Source: an uncultured Gammaproteobacteria bacterium (GTDB lineage: Bacteria; Patescibacteriota; Microgenomatia; UBA10105; UBA927). Taken from it: DNA of 45,620 nt. Of the stretch, positions 39,012 through 45,620 are shown piece by piece. The notes under the pieces were generated by a model, which saw nothing but the letters and a program-made list of their open reading frames with translations, ran no database searches and had not been told where the DNA came from. The translations under genes were made by a program, and so were the position numbers. The stretch is from positions 1 through 45,620 of the forward strand of contig CAYIXE010000003.1 in assembly GCA_964367095.1 (NCBI GenBank), given 5' to 3'. Positions within the stretch are counted from its first letter, which is position 1; the number at the start of each line of letters is the position of its first letter.

Positions 39012-41237
39012 TTATTTCGTTATAGTGGGCCAGGGAGAAATAATAAGCGGCGTTTTTGTTTTCTTTGGCAACTCATTCCAAAGGTGTTCTGTGACAAACG
39101 GCATGAAGGGATGAAGGAGCTTCAAGATGGTTAAAAATACATGCCGCAAGACCGCAAGCGCTTGGACGTCTCCATTTTTGAATCTCTCTTTATTTTTTTC
39201 TAGATGAACGTCTGCAAGCCTGTGCCACGCAAATTCGTATATTGATAATGAAGCGTCAGAGAAACGATAGGTTTCCATTTGTTTGGTAACTTTGGCTGTG
39301 AGCATGTTGAGTTCGCTAAGAATACGCTTGTCGTTCGGGGAAGTAAGGGAGCTGTGGGAAGTAGGAGAATAAAAGGGTATAGGTGTTTTTGTCTGGTCAA
39401 AATTCATCAAAATAAATCGTCCAATATTCCAGAGTTTATTGGCAAAGTTTCTCATACTTCTAATTTTATCTTCTGAAAGCGCTTGATCATTGCCGGCCCC
39501 CGTGCCAAAAACGAGCGCCATGCGAATCGCATCAGCGCCATACTTTTCAATCATTTCGAGGGGATTGATGACGTTGCCTTTACTTTTGCTCATTTTTTGG
39601 CCTTTGGCGTCGCGCACTAATCCATGAAGATAAACCGTCTTAAACGGGACATCATCTGTTAAATACGTACCAAGCATAAGCATACGACAAACCCACCACG
39701 GCAAAATGTCGTAGCCCGTTTCCATAACGGACGTAGGATAAAAGCGCTTATAGTCCTCTGGACTAGTCGCCTGCAGTGTCGCAAATGGCCATTGGCCAGA
39801 AGAAAACCATGTATCAAACGTATCGGTGTCTTGTTCTAAATTTGTTCCTCCACAGGTTACACAAGTTTGAGGAGTTTTACCATCAGTTACAATCCAATTT
39901 TCATTGGTGTTATTGGTTATATTGGTCGGATTGGTCAAATTTGTTTGGATACAATTTAAACAGCGCCATGCTGGTATTCGTATCCCCCAGACATTTTGGC
40001 GACTGATGTTCCAGTCGTGAAAGTTTTTGAGCCACATGAGCGCTGCCTTTTCAAATCGTTTCGGAACAAATGTAACCGTTTTCTTTTTGATAGAGTCTTT
40101 TGCTTTTGCAGCAAGAGGCGCAACCTTTACATACCATTGTTCAAGTGGTAGCGGCTCAACAGCTGTGCCACATTTCCAACATGTTCCTACGCGGTGTGTG
40201 TATTGTTCATCAATTTTTATTATCAATCCATCTGCTTTTAAATCCTCAACCATGAGTTGACGAGCGATGGCTACTTTTTTGCCGTGGTAGTTTTCGGCCC
40301 TAGATTTATATTTTGGATCAATATTTTTTTGCGATAAAAACCAGGAGAAGTCCATCTTCCCGCGAAAATCGATAATAGGGGTTACCGGAAGATTAAATTT
40401 TTTTCCTAATTCAAAATCATGAGGATCATGGGCAGGAGTTACTTTCATAATGCCGGTGCCAAATTTGGGATCTACTTCCGGGTCGGGGATGATGGTCATT
40501 TTTATAGGGCCTAATAACCCCATAATTTCCATGGTTTGGCCTATATATTTTTTATAGCGTTTGTCTTTGGGATTGACGGCGAGAGCGGTGTCTTTAAACT
40601 TTGTTTCTGGTCTGGCTGTCGCTATCGTAAATGGACCGTATTTTAGGTAATACATCGGATCATTCCGCTCCACATATAATACTTCCAAGTCAGAAAATCC
40701 AGTGCCATCTTTCGTGCAGTAATTGACGAGGCGATTGGTTCTGTATACCAACCCTTCATCAAAGAGTCGTTTAAACGAAGCATATACGGTAGTAACGACA
40801 CTTGGGTCAAGCGTAAAAATATTCCTACTCCAATCCAGAGAAAATCCTAAACGACGCAACTGATTTTCCATCTTCCCGCGATTTTCGTGCACAAAGGCCC
40901 AAATATCTTTGTATAGCGTCTCGCGATCAAAGTCAAAACGGCTCATGCCTTTTTTGGCAAGATGCTTCTCATACACAAATTGCGTCTCAAATCCTGCATG
41001 GTCAGCACCCGCTAACCAGAGAGAGGCATCGCCCAACATGCGATGATAGCGAATCATAATATCTTCAATCACATACATCGCGTGGCCTGCATGAAGGTCT
41101 GCGTTGGCGTTTGGGGGAGGGAGAAGAATACTAAATGTTTTTGCCTTCGGATTATCTGTAGGTTTAAAATATCCGCCATCTTCCCACATTTTGTATATGG
41201 GTTCTTCAACGTCTTTAGGTTGATAATTTTTGTCCAT
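39012..41237 (-). CDS. valS: Valine--tRNA ligase (short, 741 aa)
   Basis: PPPN...LHAGH, DHAG, DWNISRQ..WG.RIP, DTFDTWFSS, TGYDIL, KMSKSKGN. Confidence 0.95.
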   Translation of the reverse strand: MDKNYQPKDVEEPIYKMWEDGGYFKPTDNPKAKTFSILLPPPNANADLHAGHAMYVIEDIMIRYHRMLGDASLWLAGADHAGFETQFVYEKHLAKKGMSRFDFDRETLYKDIWAFVHENRGKMENQLRRLGFSLDWSRNIFTLDPSVVTTVYASFKRLFDEGLVYRTNRLVNYCTKDGTGFSDLEVLYVERNDPMYYLKYGPFTIATARPETKFKDTALAVNPKDKRYKKYIGQTMEIMGLLGPIKMTIIPDPEVDPKFGTGIMKVTPAHDPHDFELGKKFNLPVTPIIDFRGKMDFSWFLSQKNIDPKYKSRAENYHGKKVAIARQLMVEDLKADGLIIKIDEQYTHRVGTCWKCGTAVEPLPLEQWYVKVAPLAAKAKDSIKKKTVTFVPKRFEKAALMWLKNFHDWNISRQNVWGIRIPAWRCLNCIQTNLTNPTNITNNTNENWIVTDGKTPQTCVTCGGTNLEQDTDTFDTWFSSGQWPFATLQATSPEDYKRFYPTSVMETGYDILPWWVCRMLMLGTYLTDDVPFKTVYLHGLVRDAKGQKMSKSKGNVINPLEMIEKYGADAIRMALVFGTGAGNDQALSEDKIRSMRNFANKLWNIGRFILMNFDQTKTPIPFYSPTSHSSLTSPNDKRILSELNMLTAKVTKQMETYRFSDASLSIYEFAWHRLADVHLEKNKERFKNGDVQALAVLRHVFLTILKLLHPFMPFVTEHLWNELPKKTKTPLIISPWPTITK
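39903..39947. repeat. 9-bp degenerate tandem repeat inside valS
   Basis: ATTGGTGTT ATTGGTTAT ATTGGTCGG ATTGGTCAA ATTTGTTTG; encodes QTNLTNPTNITNNTN. Confidence 0.7.
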
Positions 41238-41285
41238 GTGATTATTCTAATCTAGTTAGGAGTATGGGGGCAAGCTTGAAGGGTA

Positions 41286-41501
41286 TTAAGCTTTTTCTGG
41301 TCGTCCACTAAAAACTTCAGGAATTATTCGACCCTCACGACGATTGCGAACAAAATAACGTCCCAAATCTTTTTTAGTAATGCCAAGACCATAGTCGCCA
41401 AGAATATCAAAAAGCATTCCAGCAATATGATATTCAGCATTAATGATACGACGAACTGCTCGTTCTTGGAAATTATATTTTTTTGTGATTGTAGGTATCA
41501 T
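41286..41501 (-). CDS. Small hypothetical protein
   Basis: 71-aa ORF starting 3 nt after the recombinase stop, same strand. Confidence 0.45.
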   Translation of the reverse strand: MIPTITKKYNFQERAVRRIINAEYHIAGMLFDILGDYGLGITKKDLGRYFVRNRREGRIIPEVFSGRPEKA

Positions 41502-41504
41502 AAA

Positions 41505-42377
41505 CTATAGTTCCTCAAGCTTGACGTGTTCAATGTGTTTGTCTTTGATAAATTCAAGATATTTTTCTGTGGTGGAGAGTCGTTTGTGACCGACGAGTTT
41601 ACTAATTGTTGTAATGGCGGTTCCTGACATGAGGTGGTGAACAATAAAGGTGTGACGAAGGTCGTTTACTTTGGCGTCTTCAATGCCGGCAATTTTAAAG
41701 AATCGATCAATTGCCGTGCGGATGTTTCGGATGAGAAGCGGTCTGCCTGTTTTGGTGATAAAGAGTGCAGTTGACTTTCCAGTGCCAGCGAGAGTATTGC
41801 CGCGGGCAACGAGCCAAGTATTGACGGCATCTTTGCCCGCTTTGTTTAATGGGACAGATCGTTGCTCGTGACCTTCTTGTGATGCGATATGAAGCTCTGT
41901 TTCTCGGACGTCATCAAGCATGAGGTTAGCGAGTTCTCCTATGCGGATGCCGGTTTGTAAAAATAGTTCAACTATGGCATAGGTGCGTATGTCTCCTCTG
42001 CACGCATCGCGAAGTGCCCGATATTCTAATTTTGAGAGAATACGAGGAGGCTTTACTTCATATTTGGGATGTTCGATGTCTGCAGCGGGGTCAGTGTTGA
42101 TAATTCCTGTGGTTTTTAGGAATCGATAAAATGTTTTCATGGAGTTGATTTTTCTGGAAATAGATTTGGGGGTATAATTATCGGCTGCTAATTTTTTCAA
42201 AAAAGCCTCAAGCTCTTCTTTTGAGATGACCGCGATATCTTTCTTACCTGCGTCTGTCAAAAAGCTTAAAAGCTGCTCGATGTCTTTACTATATGCTACG
42301 ATAGTGGCGTGAGCGCGTTTACGGCTCTGGAGCTGTTTTACAAACTGTGTATGGGCGTTTTTGAGATCAGTGATCAT
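41505..42377 (-). CDS. XerC/XerD-like tyrosine recombinase
   Basis: N-terminal SAM-like domain (TIVAYSKD, SISRK..S...FY.FL), TGIRIGEL, DLRHTF, GH....TTEKY. Confidence 0.88.
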   Translation of the reverse strand: MITDLKNAHTQFVKQLQSRKRAHATIVAYSKDIEQLLSFLTDAGKKDIAVISKEELEAFLKKLAADNYTPKSISRKINSMKTFYRFLKTTGIINTDPAADIEHPKYEVKPPRILSKLEYRALRDACRGDIRTYAIVELFLQTGIRIGELANLMLDDVRETELHIASQEGHEQRSVPLNKAGKDAVNTWLVARGNTLAGTGKSTALFITKTGRPLLIRNIRTAIDRFFKIAGIEDAKVNDLRHTFIVHHLMSGTAITTISKLVGHKRLSTTEKYLEFIKDKHIEHVKLEEL

Positions 42378-42455
42378 ATTCTATGAGGTTCTTAAGAAAG
42401 AGGCGGCAGCAATCAATCTGAACCAGAAGCCTATAATAACACTATTAAGACTATT

Positions 42456-42812
42456 ATGCAAGAAGATGTACATATCAAAAACGTTTGGATGGGAGGGCTG
42501 ATCATGCTTCTTAGCCTGATTTTGAGCGTGCGGGCTGTCGCTACCATTATCGATCTTCGCGCGAGGAAATACACCGTTACTGAAAGAAGAGAGGCGGTTG
42601 AAGCTGTGAAAAAAGAGAATGAAGTCTTGCAAAAGCAGATTGAGGCTGTGGGGAGCGAAGAATATGTCGAAAAAATAGCTAGAGACAAGCTTGGGATGGT
42701 AAAAGAAGGGGAGTCTATAGTATTACTGCCCGATGAAGCAAAAGGCGGGAGTAAAAAAGAAGAGCTTTTAAAGCGCACGAATTGGCAGCAATGGTGGGGA
42801 TTGTTTTTTTAG
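42456..42812 (+). CDS. ftsB: Septum formation initiator FtsB/DivIC
   Basis: TM plus coiled coil, then EYVEKIARDKLGMVKEGE. Confidence 0.8.
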   Translation: MQEDVHIKNVWMGGLIMLLSLILSVRAVATIIDLRARKYTVTERREAVEAVKKENEVLQKQIEAVGSEEYVEKIARDKLGMVKEGESIVLLPDEAKGGSKKEELLKRTNWQQWWGLFF

Positions 42813-42884
42813 TGCCAGCGGCAGGGATCGGACCTGCTACCAATGCTTTATGATAGCATCGCTCTACCAATGAGCTACGCTGGC
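42813..42884 (-). tRNA. tRNA with CAU anticodon, probably elongator Met (Ile2 not excluded); no encoded CCA
   Basis: Manual fold: GCCAGCG/CGCTGGC acceptor, GCTC/GAGC D stem, ATGCT-ATCATAA-AGCAT anticodon arm, GCAGG-TCCGATC-CCTGC T arm, discriminator A. Confidence 0.9.
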
Positions 42885-43561
42885 GTTTTTGCTGTAGATA
42901 AACCATCAATAAGCCCAAGAACCTCGTAATACAATTGTGCGGGTTGTTTTACTTTTACTGTGAATGTTCCAAAGTGCTGATAAAAATTCTCATATACTTT
43001 TTTGTTTTGCACTTTTTTAAAACTTGTTTTACTGAATTGATTCAATGGTATATGAGTCACATCTGACCAATATGTTTTTACATCCTCTTCTCTTGATCTG
43101 TGAATTTCATTTATTCCTACATAACAACGCAATCTTTGAATAGGTATATCGAAACATTGATACAGCCAAGTAAGCATAAATTGTACTAGTTTTGGGTCTG
43201 AGTTGCAAAAGGTAAGCTCTCGTTTCTTTTTTGTTCCCTCTGCCCAATAAAGTGCAATGCCCGCAATAAAAAGTTCTCGTTTGGAAATAATTGGAAAAGC
43301 ATTTTTCCCTTTTTGTATTCCATCGTCGATACGTTTTAGTCTGTCTTGTTTTTGCTTCATAGCCCCAAGCAAGCGACCTCGCTCTGAGCCTTTTAAACTG
43401 CATTTTCGTAATGTTTCGAGTTGTTCTATGGATAGGATAATATCCCGCACCCACAGACTGGCGGTGCTTCTTGACACATGAAGTTGTTGAGCAATCGTTC
43501 GAACACTTATTCCCTTTGCTCTCATTTTTCTTGCTTCTAGATTGAGTTGAGATTTGGCCAT
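42875..43561 (-). CDS. HTH protein with a C-terminal LAGLIDADG-like domain
   Basis: HTH ARKMRAKGISVRTIAQQLHVSRSTASLWVR; GIALYWAEG.K...FCNSDP motif. Start ATG 43561. Confidence 0.75.
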   Translation of the reverse strand: MAKSQLNLEARKMRAKGISVRTIAQQLHVSRSTASLWVRDIILSIEQLETLRKCSLKGSERGRLLGAMKQKQDRLKRIDDGIQKGKNAFPIISKRELFIAGIALYWAEGTKKKRELTFCNSDPKLVQFMLTWLYQCFDIPIQRLRCYVGINEIHRSREEDVKTYWSDVTHIPLNQFSKTSFKKVQNKKVYENFYQHFGTFTVKVKQPAQLYYEVLGLIDGLSTAKTPA

Positions 43562-43562
43562 A

Positions 43563-43613
43563 TTTCGAACCAACCAATAGTACAAATAATAATACTATTT
43601 TAGTGGTTCGAAA
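43563..43613. promoter_or_regulatory. Long imperfect inverted repeat upstream of the HTH gene (candidate operator)
   Basis: TTTCGAACCA (43563-43572) / TGGTTCGAAA (43604-43613) with inner AATAGTA / TACTATT. Confidence 0.55.
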
Positions 43614-43630
43614 GATTTAAATCAAGATGA

Positions 43631-44203
43631 TCATTGTGTGGTTATGTGAACGCGGGATTGATTGAGGTTAGTAAGGCCTTTAAGTTGTGACTTCATTTGA
43701 ACTTGATAGAGCTTGTTTCCTTTATCCAGAGTTATAGTAGGGGAGGTGAGAAGTTGTGCGCCAGACGTATCGGTAGTTACTTCTGAATACCACACGGGAT
43801 GCTTGTCTGTGGCGTTAAAGAGACGTACCCATACGCGTTGACTTCCCGCTGGGGTGACGACTGTTGCTTCAAATCGAGCCTCTTTAATTTTCCCATACGA
43901 GGAAGTATCAATATACGCACTCGCGCCAGCTACATCGGTCCAGTCGTCGGTTGCGTTTGTGCCAGATCCTAATGGCACGTAATATTCTTTAGCACTGCTT
44001 GTTACTGTTTTCCCCGTTGCTTGATTGATGCGGGCGATGCAGGCGGTGGGACACGTGTCGTTTGTGGTGGTGCCAAGCACGGTTCCGCCGTAGAAAAGTT
44101 TACTCACGACAATGATATCTAAAACGAGAATGTTTATCGCAAGAAACAAAAGAAGCCAAGGTGTGTAGTTGGGAGATTTTTTGGAAGATCGAGAAGCTGT
44201 CAT
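43631..44203 (-). CDS. Hypothetical membrane-anchored protein with a beta-rich domain
   Basis: N-terminal TM, CPTAC motif. Start could be 44221. Confidence 0.75.
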   Translation of the reverse strand: MTASRSSKKSPNYTPWLLLFLAINILVLDIIVVSKLFYGGTVLGTTTNDTCPTACIARINQATGKTVTSSAKEYYVPLGSGTNATDDWTDVAGASAYIDTSSYGKIKEARFEATVVTPAGSQRVWVRLFNATDKHPVWYSEVTTDTSGAQLLTSPTITLDKGNKLYQVQMKSQLKGLTNLNQSRVHITTQ

Positions 44204-44356
44204 GTATATATAGTGTAGCACTTTTTTTATATTTAATGCCTTCAGTTGTGGGGCTACGAGAAAGTAAAACCTAAGTTCTCACAAAGCCGTACTTGCATAC
44301 GCAACAGTAATATGGTATAGATAAAATATCATGTTATACCATATTAGATTGGCCAT

Positions 44357-45313
44357 ATGATATTAGATACCCAGCTTGCATCTCGCATAGACGATAAGCT
44401 AAAAAAGCTTAACTCCCTTCGTCCGCTGCCATCGTCTATTATCATAAAACTCAAGCAGCAATTTGCTATTGAAATGACGTATAACTCAAATGCAATAGAG
44501 GGTAATTCGCTCACACTCAAAGAAACCACGTGGGTTATACAGGATGGTTTAACTATCAAAGGGAAATCGCTCAAAGATCATTTAGAGGCGAAAGATCACT
44601 ATGACGCATTGGAATTTTTGTATGAAACCGTTGAACATAACACGCAACAAACGATTTCTGAAGTATTTATACGAACGCTTCATCAGCTGGTGGTTCGAGA
44701 AACCGAGAGAGAAGATGCGGGAAAGTATAGAGCGGTCAACGTCATGATTATGGGAGCTGACCATACACCGCCGGATGTAAGTGAAGTTTCTTTAAGAATG
44801 CATGATTTTATTCAGTGGATTAAAATGAATCAGAAAAAGCTTCATCCAATCGAGCTTGCGGCGCTCATTCACCATACATTGGTTTATATTCATCCATTTG
44901 CTGACGGAAACGGACGAACCGCCCGCCTTATTATGAACCTTACACTTATGCATGTGGGGTATCCGCTTGTTATTATACTAAAAAATGATAGACGGAAATA
45001 TTATCGTGCGTTATCACAAGCAGATAAGACCAATTATCAACCACTTGTGCGCTTTATCGCTCAAGCCATTGAACGATCGCTGAATATTTATCTTAAAGTG
45101 TTAGTTCCTGCTAAAACTGATGAAGGGAGATACGTTTCATTATCAACGCTTGCAAAAGAAACACGATTTTCAGATAAATATCTCAATTTGCTTGCCCGAT
45201 ACGGCAAGATTGAAGCACATAAAGAAAAACGGATCTGGGTGACGACAAAAGACGCGATAGAGCGATATATACAAAATCGCCAAAGAAACCGAAAAATAAA
45301 TAGCCCGTATTGA
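44357..45313 (+). CDS. Fic-domain protein with a probable C-terminal HTH
   Basis: Catalytic HPFADGNGRTAR; SNAIEGN inhibitory-helix motif; C-terminal SLSTLAK...YLNLLARYGKI.A.K...W. Confidence 0.9.
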   Translation: MILDTQLASRIDDKLKKLNSLRPLPSSIIIKLKQQFAIEMTYNSNAIEGNSLTLKETTWVIQDGLTIKGKSLKDHLEAKDHYDALEFLYETVEHNTQQTISEVFIRTLHQLVVRETEREDAGKYRAVNVMIMGADHTPPDVSEVSLRMHDFIQWIKMNQKKLHPIELAALIHHTLVYIHPFADGNGRTARLIMNLTLMHVGYPLVIILKNDRRKYYRALSQADKTNYQPLVRFIAQAIERSLNIYLKVLVPAKTDEGRYVSLSTLAKETRFSDKYLNLLARYGKIEAHKEKRIWVTTKDAIERYIQNRQRNRKINSPY

Positions 45314-45339
45314 CGGAATAAATTTGTTTGTTGCGGGGG

Positions 45340-45567
45340 TTACAAGAAATCAGAACCTGGTACTTTTCTCTGATTTCTTTTCCTCTTTAAACATGCTTCA
45401 TACTGGGGATCTAAGGCAGCTCTGAGCCCAGACTCTATTTCTTTCGCTTTCTCTGGAGGTATCTTTTGTTTGACGGCAGAGAGTTCGTTCTCAGCTTCCG
45501 TCAACATCCGATAGGCCTCTTCTCCTTGGCCTGTAGCTATTTTAATATGATATACAGGCACTATCAT
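45340..45567 (-). CDS. Small hypothetical protein
   Basis: 75-aa ORF convergent on fic; start preceded by a TAATG overlap. Confidence 0.45.
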   Translation of the reverse strand: MIVPVYHIKIATGQGEEAYRMLTEAENELSAVKQKIPPEKAKEIESGLRAALDPQYEACLKRKRNQRKVPGSDFL

Positions 45568-45620
45568 TAGACCTGTTGCTAATTAACCCTCATTAGCCTC
45601 ATACTGGACACATGACTATT

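Noticed and set aside
43107-43577. 156-aa alternative-frame ORF over the HTH gene
   Set aside because: Same-strand overlap with biased composition; the other frame carries the recognisable motifs.
45344-45378. AAGAAATCAGA/TCTGATTTCTT inverted repeat resembling the MITE motif
   Set aside because: Partial match only, no TGT/ACA termini or TSD; at most a terminator-like hairpin between convergent genes.
41505-45620. Tyrosine recombinase near a tRNA as an integrative element or prophage
   Set aside because: Xer-sized with no arm-binding domain, ftsB lies between them, no duplicated tRNA 3' end and no phage genes.
1-45620. Alternative genetic code (TGA read-through)
   Set aside because: Conserved genes are full length under code 11 and several end at TGA (murL, murD, jag, rnpA).

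Overview
Bacterial chromosomal window spanning the replication origin. Gene content and style (VirB2-like pilins, DUF4012, DUF5652, short ValRS, mostly leaderless genes) suggest Patescibacteria/CPR, probably Microgenomates; this assignment is inference. Left of oriC is a chromosomal type IV secretion-like cluster: two pilins, a VirB6-like protein, a VirD4/TraG-like ATPase, PrgI, a VirB4-like ATPase with a 601-aa intein in its Walker A motif, and an M23 peptidase protein. A 1202-aa orphan, nadD and vapBC interrupt it. Next come dnaN, oriC (DnaA boxes and DnaA-trios) and dnaA; an AbiEii toxin-antitoxin pair and murL-murD2 inserted before rpmH-rnpA-yidD-yidC-jag; envelope genes; rnhA; rplY; epmA...efp; valS; a Xer-like recombinase; ftsB; a tRNA(CAU) overlapped by an HTH/LAGLIDADG-like ORF; and a Fic gene. 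The most notable unannotated feature is a 193-bp TGT...ACA miniature element with bipartite terminal repeats, an exact 16-bp target duplication of a promoter, and a multi-hairpin interior. A related element end sits at bases 1-54.
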